From a virus (taxonomy: Duplodnaviria; Caudoviricetes): DNA of 52,149 bases. Location of the stretch: positions 1-52,149 of the IMG/VR virus record IMGVR_UViG_3300013101_000013; one strand, 5' to 3'. Below the pieces are notes generated by a model. That model searched no databases, was not told the DNA's origin, and saw only the letters and a list, made by a program, of their open reading frames with translations. This document shows, in pieces, positions 27,575 to 37,697 of this stretch. The translations under genes were made by a program, and so were the position numbers. Positions within the stretch are counted from its first letter, which is position 1. Every line of letters starts with the position of its first letter.

Positions 27575-29670
27575 TAAAAGGTACTTCTCCGACCACCACC
27601 GCGGCGATGGCGCCTTACAACACGATTCCGATTCGCTCGAATCATACGCATACTGGCCTTGCCGGTGTTAACAAGATCAAGTTGATCTTCAAACTCCGCC
27701 TTGGTCATGCCGATACCAGGGACCTGTTCTTTCTCATCGGTGTGCTTGAGAATGTATCCCTTATCAGGGCGCTCCTTCGGTCGTGAAGGTTCGATCTTGA
27801 TGCCACTATCAAACCCACTGACCCGGTCTACCGGCTCTAAACGCTGACGACGGTACTGTCGATCTGCTTTAGCTTGGCGCATCTCTTCCGAAGACTTCAC
27901 CTCGCCCCCGATACCACCGAAGCCACAGACATCGTGGTTGTATCGAGTCTGGTTCATGTCGGAGAAGTTCAGGATGAACCCACCGATCGCGCACATAAAG
28001 GCAGTCAATGTGTGCTCGAAGTCCTGAGAGTAGCTCGGGCGCCCCTGGGGCGAGTACTTCGTAACAGTGAACTCACGCATCTGCTGAACGAGACCAATCT
28101 CGATTACAGCGATCTCGTCAGGAAGGATGCGAGTATCAGTATCTTCCTCGGTGGTAATCTCGATACGACCCTGCTCGAGCTGAGCAGCCAGGAGATTCAC
28201 CATCAGGGGCTTGGTCGGCTTCTTTTCATCATCGTGGGTAAGCGGGTTCTTGATGATGGTGTTGCCACCCATCTCAACAGGGACCACTTTCTTCCGGTAG
28301 TTGGTCCGCAGGTGAGGATTGTCCACGTCGTGCTTCCAGAGCATCTCGACCTGAACAGCTCCATACCCAGCATCCACATAGATGAACTTCGTCTGCCACT
28401 TCTGATCGAGCTCCATGATCTTCTCGACCGCGGTGATCTGCGTGAAGTCCTGTTTCCGAATGATCACCTTCTCGACAGGACGATAGATCGCACCCTTCTC
28501 GGGATCCCATCGCTGCTCCACCACAATGATGTGAGTACCGGTGTTCTTGTTCCAGTCCACACCAATGATGTAGTTGCGGTTGGGGTCATAGAAGCAGTCC
28601 TTGTACTTGTAACCCCCAAGAGAGCCCTGGATGTCGACGCCACGGAAGACGCCAACCATCTCAGTGCCGAACTCGGCCAAGAACTCACGAGAGTAGCCAC
28701 CCTCGGAGTAGTTTGATTTGAAGTAGTTCTCAGCCTTCTCACTCCAACTGGGAGATTCAGATGAGACGAACCAGAACTCCTTGAACTGCTGAGTCTTATC
28801 CGTGCACCACCGGTGGAGCTTCTGACGAATACCAGTGGGAGTCGAGGCTACAACCAGACCAGTGTCGGAGTTCGACGCCAGAATCGCGGAGATGACCTCG
28901 AGGTCCGCATCAGCCAGGTAATCAACCTCATCCATGATGATCAGGTTGGCATCCTGACCACGAATCTTGTCCGACTTGGCTCCGGTCCGAGCACCGGAGG
29001 AGAATCCACGGATCGTAGATCCGTTGTTGAAAGTGATCTGTTCGTAGGGAGACTCACGGTTGATCTTCACCGACCCTCGAAGAGACACTGAGGTGTTAAT
29101 GAAGAGCCGCATCATCTCGAACAGCTTCTTCACCTGAGGCTGATAAGGAGCAATGATCAGGACCTCATAGTTGGCAGTAGTCCATGCCTTATGAAGTGTC
29201 CCGATAGACATCTTCTCGGTCTTCCCTACGCGTCGACCCGCTCGATTCGCCTGGAACTGGGAGCTGCAGCGAAGCATATCCTCCTGATACCAACGAGCGG
29301 TCCAGTTGAATTCGGCGAAAGCCCAAGCAGCAGGATCTAGGAGAGTGATCGCGCTTAGGTATTCAGAGCGATCCTCAAAGTCCTCAGGTGAATAGAGATC
29401 TGCTCGTTTCGAGAGATCTCCACTGCAGATAGGAAGAAACCAGGGCTCAGGATTCGGAGTCCCGTCTGTGTTAACAGCGTTCTCTTCATCGCAATATTCT
29501 GTCGTGATGCCAGCGTCATAGATCTTCTTGTAGTAGGCACGACACCGTTCACAGACAGAGCCTTTACCCGGACCGAGAGGCTCGTATTCCTGTCCTCGGT
29601 AATCGATTTCAGGCCAATAGCCCTTGGAGGCACCGATGTCGGAGTAGGTCTTAGAGAGGTTGAAACTCAT
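27574..29670 (-). CDS. terL: Terminase large subunit
   Basis: Walker A GRRVGKT, Walker B IIMDEVD, coupling motif ASTP, nuclease IIGVDWN...YVDAGYG. Start at the ATGA overlap (29670). Confidence 0.92.
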   Translation of the reverse strand: MSFNLSKTYSDIGASKGYWPEIDYRGQEYEPLGPGKGSVCERCRAYYKKIYDAGITTEYCDEENAVNTDGTPNPEPWFLPICSGDLSKRADLYSPEDFEDRSEYLSAITLLDPAAWAFAEFNWTARWYQEDMLRCSSQFQANRAGRRVGKTEKMSIGTLHKAWTTANYEVLIIAPYQPQVKKLFEMMRLFINTSVSLRGSVKINRESPYEQITFNNGSTIRGFSSGARTGAKSDKIRGQDANLIIMDEVDYLADADLEVISAILASNSDTGLVVASTPTGIRQKLHRWCTDKTQQFKEFWFVSSESPSWSEKAENYFKSNYSEGGYSREFLAEFGTEMVGVFRGVDIQGSLGGYKYKDCFYDPNRNYIIGVDWNKNTGTHIIVVEQRWDPEKGAIYRPVEKVIIRKQDFTQITAVEKIMELDQKWQTKFIYVDAGYGAVQVEMLWKHDVDNPHLRTNYRKKVVPVEMGGNTIIKNPLTHDDEKKPTKPLMVNLLAAQLEQGRIEITTEEDTDTRILPDEIAVIEIGLVQQMREFTVTKYSPQGRPSYSQDFEHTLTAFMCAIGGFILNFSDMNQTRYNHDVCGFGGIGGEVKSSEEMRQAKADRQYRRQRLEPVDRVSGFDSGIKIEPSRPKERPDKGYILKHTDEKEQVPGIGMTKAEFEDQLDLVNTGKASMRMIRANRNRVVRRHRRGGGRRSTF

Positions 29671-30203
29671 GCAGTAATCGGAATCCCGTAAGCACGCCAA
29701 GATCCCTGAACAGGCACAAGGTGCGTGTAGCTATCACCTGATGTCAGAACCCGAGCCCACCAACAATCCGCTCCTTCTCTAACCATGCCTCGGAACCAGG
29801 AGCGATCCTCCTTGATAGAAAAGACCCATCGATCTTTCTTCCAATCCGAGAGATGGTCTTCGCAATCCATCATGTCTATCAGTCCGAAAGGGTAGCACCA
29901 CGATAGCTGCTGCATCCACTCCCAGACCTGTTCGGTTGATCCGTGCAGATAGTAGGGCGTCTCGCACTGGGCGGAGGTCGTGTCATCACGTGCCACCCGG
30001 AGCCAGTCATCAGTAGTGATTTGTCCGGCCGGGACATGACCACGTGATGTCTCCAAGAGAAGATCCTTCGAAACACAGATGTCGGGAAGCCAGTAAGTCT
30101 CGATACGACGTCCATAGGAAGAAGATCCTTGTCCTTGAGTCCAGGCCCGGCAAGGGCCTGTGGATTCAGACCAGAGGAGAGTGTTTACACCCACAGCAGG
30201 CAT
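29667..30203 (-). CDS. Hypothetical protein
   Basis: 178 aa, Trp-rich, ATGA-coupled to terL. Confidence 0.55.
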   Translation of the reverse strand: MPAVGVNTLLWSESTGPCRAWTQGQGSSSYGRRIETYWLPDICVSKDLLLETSRGHVPAGQITTDDWLRVARDDTTSAQCETPYYLHGSTEQVWEWMQQLSWCYPFGLIDMMDCEDHLSDWKKDRWVFSIKEDRSWFRGMVREGADCWWARVLTSGDSYTHLVPVQGSWRAYGIPITA

Positions 30204-30205
30204 AG

Positions 30206-30928
30206 CTAACCGTGCATCTGCGAAGCTTCACCACCCAGTGCGGCTCGTACGCCGAGCTGAGAGTTATGGATAGCCTGCAAAGCCCTCATTCGTTGGGTTG
30301 TTGCCGCACGCGGCATGTAGAAGTTCTGCTCATCACCGAAGTCAGGAGACGGTCCCTTTGCAGGTGCCGGCTCCCAGTCCGCGATCGCGTTAGCCATTCC
30401 CTCAACCAACGTGGCCCCAAAGTACAGACCGCCGGCGACCTCTAAAGCGCCAAGGCCACCCTGGAGAAGAGCACCTGCTCCAATCCTGGTAGCCATGCCA
30501 CGTCCATATCGGGCGGACATACTGTAGCCCTGAGACCGAGCACGGTTCCAGAGGCGCCAATTCAGGTTCTTAGACCCGCGGCGCGCTCCTCCAAACGACT
30601 TCTGTCCAACCGTCTCCTTGATGTCCTGGAGGATGTTGGCATAGGGGCCACCCGCTGTAGTCCAATGACTACCCTGCTGAGAGAGACTTAGCAGGAGACC
30701 GGCAGGCTGTGCTGCATGCCGTCCTGCTGCAATGCTTGAGGCTCTCATACCCGATCGCCCGAGCATGTCCCTCATGAACTTCTGAGGCTTGTTCATCTGG
30801 CTGCTGGCGAAGCTCAGCCCGAGCCACCCAGCAAGACCACCCATGGGACCCATACCAAAGTCTAGAAACCAGGGAGCATGCTCCTCGCCACCTCCAGGGA
30901 TCACCAGGCCAGCATACGGGTCGCTCAC
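30206..30928 (-). CDS. Gly/Ala-rich virion protein (putative ejection/internal)
   Basis: Hydrophobic Gly-rich segments. C-terminal ATTQRMRALQAIHNSQLGVRAALGGEA. Confidence 0.55.
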   Translation of the reverse strand: MSDPYAGLVIPGGGEEHAPWFLDFGMGPMGGLAGWLGLSFASSQMNKPQKFMRDMLGRSGMRASSIAAGRHAAQPAGLLLSLSQQGSHWTTAGGPYANILQDIKETVGQKSFGGARRGSKNLNWRLWNRARSQGYSMSARYGRGMATRIGAGALLQGGLGALEVAGGLYFGATLVEGMANAIADWEPAPAKGPSPDFGDEQNFYMPRAATTQRMRALQAIHNSQLGVRAALGGEASQMHG

Positions 30929-32070
30929 GCTCGTCCTCCAAAGGCCATGCGCTGTGAGACAGCCTGACTACCCAAGGAGATAGAACGACGACTGGTGTTG
31001 GTTGAAAGGGAGATACCGCCCCCATAGTTTTGGGGGCGGATACCGGTGTTGCCACCGATAGCCCGGCTCATCCAGTCCATTCCATGAGGACCAGGGCCTG
31101 TCCAACCTCGCTGACGTTCATTCTGAGAGGAGACGATCGCAGATGCACCACCGAAGATCCCTCCCGCACCGATCGCACCAGCAATGGGGTGTCGGACATT
31201 GGCCAGGCGACCCATGTACCCGGGGGCGTTCCGTCGGAAGGCATCCATGGTGCCACCTAGAGCAGCCCCTCCGAGGCCGAGCATGCCGTGGGGTACATCC
31301 ACCGCGGCGAACTTGGCTCCTCGATAGAGGCCCTTCCCGACAAGACCCCCAACACGACCTGCAGCCGTGAGACCTCCAACCACACCACGGAAGGGTTCAG
31401 GCGTTCTCTGCACCAGGTTGGCGAGCATGTTGGTGGGAGTACCACCTGTCTGCTTATACCGACCCTTCCCGTACATGAGCTCACGGGGCTTCTGGTAGAG
31501 CCACTTGTCGTAAGAGTCCATGAGGCGACCGGTCAGCCTCGAAGCAGGGTTCCTCCGGTGAGTAGGACCAGCACCACGCCCAAAGGCCTCCCTTTTCCCT
31601 CCGATGTAGTTCTCTCGGATGGGAGTCTGCTTATTCCGGAGGTGGACCCCAAACCTGCCTTTGATGTGCCGGGAGGTATCTCCAGCAGGCAGATACCCAG
31701 CGAACCGAGCAGGACCTACTGCAGCACGGTGAGCGCCCCGAAGGATGCCACGACCAGCCGCACGGTACCCACCCAGCTTGAAACCGGCGCCAGAGACAAA
31801 GCCTCCGAGCTGCGCGGCTCCACCGAGGACCCCACCGTACGCGTCATTGACCTGCTCACCTGCGCTCTGAAGCGCGCTACCGAAGGTGTAAGCACCAGCA
31901 CCCTTGACCGCTCCCCAGGCAGCTTCGCGGATAAAGCTCTGAGTACGATCCGGATTGAACACCGCATTGCTGATGTTCCGGAAGTCCTGCCCTATGGCAG
32001 CACGAAGGGTATCGTCAGTCCGAGTCCGGCCGGCTCGAGTGACAGCTCTCCTAAATAGGCTGGCTACCAT
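30925..32070 (-). CDS. Gly/Arg-rich protein (putative ejection/internal)
   Basis: 381 aa, very Gly/Ala/Arg-rich, with GxxxG hydrophobic helices. Confidence 0.55.
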   Translation of the reverse strand: MVASLFRRAVTRAGRTRTDDTLRAAIGQDFRNISNAVFNPDRTQSFIREAAWGAVKGAGAYTFGSALQSAGEQVNDAYGGVLGGAAQLGGFVSGAGFKLGGYRAAGRGILRGAHRAAVGPARFAGYLPAGDTSRHIKGRFGVHLRNKQTPIRENYIGGKREAFGRGAGPTHRRNPASRLTGRLMDSYDKWLYQKPRELMYGKGRYKQTGGTPTNMLANLVQRTPEPFRGVVGGLTAAGRVGGLVGKGLYRGAKFAAVDVPHGMLGLGGAALGGTMDAFRRNAPGYMGRLANVRHPIAGAIGAGGIFGGASAIVSSQNERQRGWTGPGPHGMDWMSRAIGGNTGIRPQNYGGGISLSTNTSRRSISLGSQAVSQRMAFGGRA

Positions 32071-32588
32071 CAGACCTTGCCTTCCAGATAGTCCGCAGCA
32101 CGACGAAGTAAAGCAGGATCATCGCCCATCTTGCCGAGAACCGTATTGCACTTCAGGCAGAGCAGACCACGGATGCACTTCCCACAGGCCTTAGTCGTAG
32201 ACGAGCAGCAGGAGTGATCGTGGTCAACAGCCAGAGCACGCGGCTTCCCAGTCCGATGATCAGTGATCTTCTCGGGCTTTTGACAGATGGCACACACACC
32301 ACCCTGCTTCTTGAGAAGAGCTTGGTACTCCTCTTCGGAGATGCTGTACTTCTGAACCATCTTCCGTGCATGTCGAATCGGCTGACGCTTAATATCGTGT
32401 CTCCGCATCGACTCCTTGCAGTTCTCCCAAACCTCCGGCGATCGCCTGGTGGCAGACATCTTGTTGCGCTGCCTCATGCAGGGCTTGCAGTAGGACGTAC
32501 GACCATCAGCTCGATTTCGAGCATTGTAGAAATCGTCTACAGACTTTTCAGCATCGCAGTCAGGACAGGTTTTGGTGAGGGTTTCCAT
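32070..32588 (-). CDS. Endonuclease VII-family (HNH-like) homing endonuclease
   Basis: N-terminal CPDC..CKPC zinc finger. QGGVCAIC...LAVDHDH...IRGLLCLKCNTVLG...AADYL. Likely start METLTK at 32588. Confidence 0.9.
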   Translation of the reverse strand: METLTKTCPDCDAEKSVDDFYNARNRADGRTSYCKPCMRQRNKMSATRRSPEVWENCKESMRRHDIKRQPIRHARKMVQKYSISEEEYQALLKKQGGVCAICQKPEKITDHRTGKPRALAVDHDHSCCSSTTKACGKCIRGLLCLKCNTVLGKMGDDPALLRRAADYLEGKV

Positions 32589-32589
32589 A

Positions 32590-33189
32590 CTAGAAGGGGC
32601 CATAGTTATCTCCGCTACGGATCATGTTGATCCCAGCGAGACCCCAATAACCCATGCCTACCTTGGGATGTCCCAGGGCTCTGGCTCCGTAGCCAACGCC
32701 GGCGTGCATGCCAGCCTTGGCCGCGAAGCCAACAGCTCCACCCACAGCACTGTCTCCAGCAAATACCTGGTTAAGACCGACGGCACCAGCTGCTGCCGTA
32801 GTACCAATGCGGTTCCAGGAGCGTTGCTGCATGATCTCGGAAGCGGAGAGGAGTCCACGGCCTGCTGTAGGCAGGATCCCGAGAGACTCAAGAGCTCCGC
32901 CCGTGGTACCCGAGGCCTTGGAGTACAGCAGATCCTCGACGTTACCCCCTCGGAAGTAGTTGCTCGTGCGCTGGCCCATGGAGAACTCACTACTCATGGC
33001 ACTCCAGGCACCCCCAAGCTTCTTCAGGTAGTCGGTTCCTGCGTCGACAGCATCCGTGAAGCCTCCCTGACCCATTCGAACACCTCGAGGCATGCCCATG
33101 GCGGCCATGGTGTGCTTCCCCATTGTGGGAGACATACTCTCGAAGTAGTTCCCAATAGCGAACCCGAGCTTTGCTCCAAATCCCTGCAT
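32590..33189 (-). CDS. Gly-rich protein (putative ejection/internal)
   Basis: 199 aa, Gly/Ala-rich hydrophobic C-terminus. Confidence 0.55.
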   Translation of the reverse strand: MQGFGAKLGFAIGNYFESMSPTMGKHTMAAMGMPRGVRMGQGGFTDAVDAGTDYLKKLGGAWSAMSSEFSMGQRTSNYFRGGNVEDLLYSKASGTTGGALESLGILPTAGRGLLSASEIMQQRSWNRIGTTAAAGAVGLNQVFAGDSAVGGAVGFAAKAGMHAGVGYGARALGHPKVGMGYWGLAGINMIRSGDNYGPF

Positions 33190-36100
33190 TATCTGGCCTC
33201 ACACCGGCTGGCCCGATTGACGGGACAGGGGGCTCGGGAAGTACTCATATTCGGTGAAACCCGAGAAAGACGGGTCCTCTGGTCTCTAATCTTAGCGCCC
33301 TTCGCCCCTCGATGCAGCTGTTGGACTACCCCACCAGCGCCATTCGAATAGAAGGCAGCCCTCTTGTGCTTCCCGTAGTCCTCCAATCGAGAGATGGCGT
33401 CAAAGGAGTTCATGGCCCGCGGGTAGTTACCCAAGGGAACATTCGCCGGACTGGAGAGAGCTAGGGGTTTGAAGGTCGAGGAGAAGGTGTCCCACAGTCG
33501 CTCAAGACCGATACCTGGGTTATTCAGTGAGATGAAACGAGAACTCTGGAAGGGCTCCCACCGTTTCTGCCCCGAATCGACAGCCATCCTCTGAGCCTGA
33601 AGAACCTCCTGACGATCAGCCAGGAGACGCTGCCGATCAGCATGCACCTTGAAGAGCTTGTAGTCACCGGGGTTCTCTCGAGAGAAGTAAGCCACGTAGG
33701 CATGCGGCTTACCGGTAGCCAAAGCATAGAAGTTGGCCTGGGAGACAGCCGCGGCTTTGGGGCCTGCCAGCGACTTCAGCTTCTCGGCAGTCTCTACGGT
33801 TTTAATCTCCATCGGGATACCCGATGCGAGATGGATATCAATCTGACCATGAATACCGAGCTCAGGGATCGCAACGTACTGTTCAGAACCCGAGATCGAG
33901 TCCTTGAGGGTGTCGGCAACCATCTCACCGATCCATGTGCCCTTGCGCATCACCTCATTGGGCTGGTTCTGTTCAAGGATCGACGCGTAGAGGAAGTCCC
34001 CTCGGAGACCGAGCTGGCTAGCACCGATCCATTCGACCTGAGCTCCGTAGGGAGTTCCTAAGAGCTGGTTCATGGGGTTACGACCACTACCGAAGTCGGT
34101 CTTGGTATCACCACTCGGAGTGATGCCGGCGATCTGCTCCCATGCACCGTGAGGATCTCGGATGGCATGGAACGCGTTCACGGCATCAGCATCATCGTTT
34201 CGCTCGTTAAGCAGGTAGGCAGCACTAAGACCAAGGACACCCCATGCGCCCATCACCTTGGGCTGCATGCCGGTGACCTGCTCAAGTCGACCGAAGAGCT
34301 TAGAGCCATGCTCCTTGATCTTCCCGACAATGGTTCTCTCAGCAGCTGCTGCGTGTCGGACTACGCCCTTATCCGCAAGCTTCGACTCAAGCAGCTCATG
34401 CATACCAGCCTGGTAGTGCTTAGTCCTTTCCATCTGCCCTTGGAAGAGGGCATGGAACTGGTTGTCGTATGCCCCCTCCTGCTTATCCATGAAGTCGAAG
34501 ATGCCGTCCAGAGCACTGGTTAGCTTGGTATCGACATCCGAGTCATGGACTTGGCCCTTAAGGACCTGCTCGAGAGCACGGAACTGGGTAGGTAGCTTGT
34601 CCTCCCATCGTTCTTGGGCTGCAGCCATAGCCATGTCACCGACTTGGCTTTGCCTACCACCCAGAATGAAGTTGAACGCGTCATCGAAGATGCCGATCGC
34701 AGCACCGGTCTGCTCACGGATCCCCTTACCTACAAGGCTGACGTGCTTCTGATCTCCAATGAACTCGGAGTAGGTCTCGTGAAAGACGTTCTGCAGCCAC
34801 TTCTCATCACCCCCATCGATGAGACGCATCTGACGCTGGGCTTCGTGGAAGCTCTGGTACGAAGGCTTCTCCGAGCTCTTCGTAAGGATGTCGACGATCT
34901 GCTCGATCTTCTTATTCGAGTCGAGCGGCTTCTTCCCACTGAAGCGCTTGGTCCAGACCTTCCGCGCATGCTTCGTTCCACCTTTACTCGCCTCGTCAAG
35001 ATCATCCATGAACTTGCGGAGAGAGTGGTGCGGACGTAGGAGCTTTCCTATGTCATCAGGAGCAGCAATGCCCTTGTCGACGAACTGCTGAACTGCCTTG
35101 TAATCGGTATGGACCGGAGTGAAATTCCGGTCCCTCATCATCGACTCGAAGACCTGCTGCTTCCAGCGGCCGTGGACGTCAACCCACTTAACCTTCGCGT
35201 CAGGACCCTTGCTCAGGTCCATGACCTGATCAAAGAGACTCTTGAACTTCCCTCCTCGATCCGTAGCTTCGTCCGCCAGGATCTTCCAGTCGTAAGAGAG
35301 GTTCCAACCCTTGACCGTAGTCGGGCCCTTCTTGGACCGCGAGATGATGTTGCCTAGGAACTCTTCACCATAGACAGAAATGTCCTTGGCTTTGCCTGGT
35401 GATTCCTGCGTTGCCTTGATGTGGCGTTGCAGGACTCCTCTTAGAACATTTCCTGGACGTGTGATGCCCTTGTCCCAGAACCCAGCTCGATACAGAGAGT
35501 CTGTCTTAGGACGCTTCCTCTGGAGGTCGTTTAAGACAGCCTCTGAAAGATTATTCGGGTCAACATCCTTACCAAGGTGATCAAGGATGTTGGTGAACTG
35601 CCCGGTCTGGCTGTACTCACCTCTCGGATCGAAAACAGAGAACTGAGAGATCCGGACGACGTCCTGGAATGTTCTCTTCGTCTGTCCTCTTGCAGACATC
35701 GATCGACGGAGACCTTGTGTCTCTACATCGACGTACAGGACGGAACGTTCTGAACCGGACTTGAAATCTTGCTTACGTCCACCCGGGAAGTCGAGACCAT
35801 GGGGCTTCATGACATCGGCTTTGGGGAACGCCGCACCATGCCCACCAGAAGAAGGACGAACACCACTGAATCGATATCCGCCCTCGACAAGAGATTGGAA
35901 CTTCTTAGCCCTTGCTACTTCCTTTTTAGCTCTCTTTAGACGCAGAATACGACCCTTGCCGTATAGCGACAGGTCTCCTCGAGGACCCTCGGATAGGCCT
36001 CCCACGAACTCGTTCCATTCCGCGTCTCGAACCTGTCCTTTCAGGTAGCTCTTGAGACCTTTCTGTTCACCCCTGGAGCCGAACTTAGTAACAAATCTAA

Positions 36101-36761
36101 CGTGATCAGCGATTACTCCAGGCGAGTGATGGGAGAGGTAATTCCTTCCTGACTTTTGAAGTCCATCAGAGCCGATGAGTCTCTCGGCATGGATACCTTC
36201 TAAGCCTTCATGAACAGAGACCTGCCGAAGCAGCCTTCGGTTGAAGAAACGAGCGCTATACCCACCTCCTCTGAGACTCTTCTTAGTCGCCTTCGGTATC
36301 ACCCATGAAATGGACTGATCCTTGTGGCGCCCTTTAGGTGAAAAGCTCTTGTACGCAGTGCGATCCTTGATCGCCTGAGGGCGATCAATCGGATTGCCTA
36401 GTAGATCATCTACCCCCCGCATGAATCGGTGGTATGACAGCTCACGCTTACGAAGAGCACGCGTGCCAAGACTGGCAGCAGGACTGCCACGTGCTCGCTT
36501 AGCGAACTCGGTTCCGTAAGACTTCTCGAGAGCTTCAAAGCTATCGAAGATGTCTACGCCGATCTTCTTGCTGAGAGCTTGGGGGGAGGCTTTTCGGAAG
36601 AACTTATCAGTACCTTCACCGAGTAGCTTCCATAGCTGTGCACGACCCGCGGGGAACCCGTAAGCCGAGTGCGGCTTCATCACATCGGCTTTACCGAGCC
36701 ATGAAGCAAGACCTCCCTCAGCCGGCCGGATCCCAAGGAGGTTCTTGTAAGCGGAGTGCAC
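33189..36761 (-). CDS. Multidomain polyvalent protein: putative metallopeptidase-like HExxE region, DEDDh exonuclease and Cas4-like PD-(D/E)xK nuclease
   Basis: VSVHEGLE. YVDVETQG...GWNLSYD...HDSDVD (ExoI/II/III). IGASQLG...SEQYV..GIHGQIDI..MEIKT..SQANFY. Confidence 0.7.
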   Translation of the reverse strand: MHSAYKNLLGIRPAEGGLASWLGKADVMKPHSAYGFPAGRAQLWKLLGEGTDKFFRKASPQALSKKIGVDIFDSFEALEKSYGTEFAKRARGSPAASLGTRALRKRELSYHRFMRGVDDLLGNPIDRPQAIKDRTAYKSFSPKGRHKDQSISWVIPKATKKSLRGGGYSARFFNRRLLRQVSVHEGLEGIHAERLIGSDGLQKSGRNYLSHHSPGVIADHVRFVTKFGSRGEQKGLKSYLKGQVRDAEWNEFVGGLSEGPRGDLSLYGKGRILRLKRAKKEVARAKKFQSLVEGGYRFSGVRPSSGGHGAAFPKADVMKPHGLDFPGGRKQDFKSGSERSVLYVDVETQGLRRSMSARGQTKRTFQDVVRISQFSVFDPRGEYSQTGQFTNILDHLGKDVDPNNLSEAVLNDLQRKRPKTDSLYRAGFWDKGITRPGNVLRGVLQRHIKATQESPGKAKDISVYGEEFLGNIISRSKKGPTTVKGWNLSYDWKILADEATDRGGKFKSLFDQVMDLSKGPDAKVKWVDVHGRWKQQVFESMMRDRNFTPVHTDYKAVQQFVDKGIAAPDDIGKLLRPHHSLRKFMDDLDEASKGGTKHARKVWTKRFSGKKPLDSNKKIEQIVDILTKSSEKPSYQSFHEAQRQMRLIDGGDEKWLQNVFHETYSEFIGDQKHVSLVGKGIREQTGAAIGIFDDAFNFILGGRQSQVGDMAMAAAQERWEDKLPTQFRALEQVLKGQVHDSDVDTKLTSALDGIFDFMDKQEGAYDNQFHALFQGQMERTKHYQAGMHELLESKLADKGVVRHAAAAERTIVGKIKEHGSKLFGRLEQVTGMQPKVMGAWGVLGLSAAYLLNERNDDADAVNAFHAIRDPHGAWEQIAGITPSGDTKTDFGSGRNPMNQLLGTPYGAQVEWIGASQLGLRGDFLYASILEQNQPNEVMRKGTWIGEMVADTLKDSISGSEQYVAIPELGIHGQIDIHLASGIPMEIKTVETAEKLKSLAGPKAAAVSQANFYALATGKPHAYVAYFSRENPGDYKLFKVHADRQRLLADRQEVLQAQRMAVDSGQKRWEPFQSSRFISLNNPGIGLERLWDTFSSTFKPLALSSPANVPLGNYPRAMNSFDAISRLEDYGKHKRAAFYSNGAGGVVQQLHRGAKGAKIRDQRTRLSRVSPNMSTSRAPCPVNRASRCEAR

Positions 36762-36763
36762 GA

Positions 36764-37516
36764 CTACTCCTTCACTTCGAACTCAGCGTCGACAGTATTC
36801 TCTTCGACGCGTCGTTCCATCTGCCTCTTCTTCTCCAACTCTTCCATCTTCACCATGAGCTCTGCGGCAGCACGAGATCGATCATACATACCGGAGGTTG
36901 CCGCCTTGACCTTGTCTTGCGGCGTCGCCAGGAGCTTGGACATCAGCTTGTCCTTCATCTTCCTCAATTTCTCATACACCTGGATTCCACGATGTACGTC
37001 CTTGCTCATGAGGGGTGACCCGTCGGGGGCATGCCCGACGGTAATGTCTTGTTCAATATCGCCTGTCTCAGCGACCTTCACCATGGCGCGTTGTTCATTG
37101 AGCTGGAGAAGAACGATGTCCCGAATCAACATGATATTGAAGGGGTCTCCCTGTTCCTCCTTAGGGAGGGTTTCGAAGAGCCGCTTCTCCCAGGCGCGAA
37201 TCTCAGCTGATTCGACAGGACAATCATCCCCTATGGGTCTGATGATTTGAAGCCGCTTCAGGGGACACTTCTCGATCATGGGACACGCGTAGTCCCGGCA
37301 GATCATTGGAGCAAAGTGGAGAAAGCCGTCCCTGTCGATGGACTTCGATAGCCCAGCCTTCTGATCATCAGAGAGCTTGTCGATCTGATAAGCGGGGAGG
37401 TGGTCGAGTATGGATACTTCGCTCCGGTCGATCGGGGGAGAGACTCGAGACAGACCGACGTCCGTCTCAGGAGTAACCCCCGTTCCGAAGGGCGAGTTCG
37501 AAAGCGGGCTGGTCAA
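36764..37516 (-). CDS. Hypothetical protein, possible terminase small subunit
   Basis: Cys cluster PMICRDYACP..KCPL...CPVE and a helical C-terminus ending VDAEFEVKE. Near the head of the packaging operon. GGAGG RBS before TTG. Confidence 0.45.
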   Translation of the reverse strand: MTSPLSNSPFGTGVTPETDVGLSRVSPPIDRSEVSILDHLPAYQIDKLSDDQKAGLSKSIDRDGFLHFAPMICRDYACPMIEKCPLKRLQIIRPIGDDCPVESAEIRAWEKRLFETLPKEEQGDPFNIMLIRDIVLLQLNEQRAMVKVAETGDIEQDITVGHAPDGSPLMSKDVHRGIQVYEKLRKMKDKLMSKLLATPQDKVKAATSGMYDRSRAAAELMVKMEELEKKRQMERRVEENTVDAEFEVKE

Positions 37517-37697
37517 GGTTGTTTGCCTCCAGGTACAGCAGTTTTAGTGTAGCCCGGGCATAGATGCAATGCTCCCCCAGCCGCCGAACATATCCATCGT
37601 ATGCATCGAGCAGCTGGGGGACATGCCCGCCTAAAGGTAGGAGATCGCCCCGTATCGAGGGCAAGACGGTCTTGAAGAGTTCGGGTTGATACCTCAC
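37467..37697 (-). CDS. Hypothetical protein
   Basis: 76 aa with GTGA overlap to the upstream ORF. Overlaps the next gene by 50 nt. Confidence 0.4.
   Translation of the reverse strand: MRYQPELFKTVLPSIRGDLLPLGGHVPQLLDAYDGYVRRLGEHCIYARATLKLLYLEANNLDQPAFELALRNGGYS

Noticed and set aside
32070-32603. Group I intron or intein hosting the EndoVII gene
   Set aside because: The flanking genes are complete and abut it, leaving no room for an intron core.
33500-34050. Cas4-like domain as evidence of a CRISPR-Cas system
   Set aside because: No repeat-spacer array or other cas genes were seen, the Fe-S cysteines are absent, and such nucleases are common in phages.
77-37250. Many long + strand ORFs (e.g. 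5900..7372, 19417..20736, 24045..25046)
   Set aside because: They are antisense shadows of codon-biased minus-strand structural genes, with no motifs or RBS.
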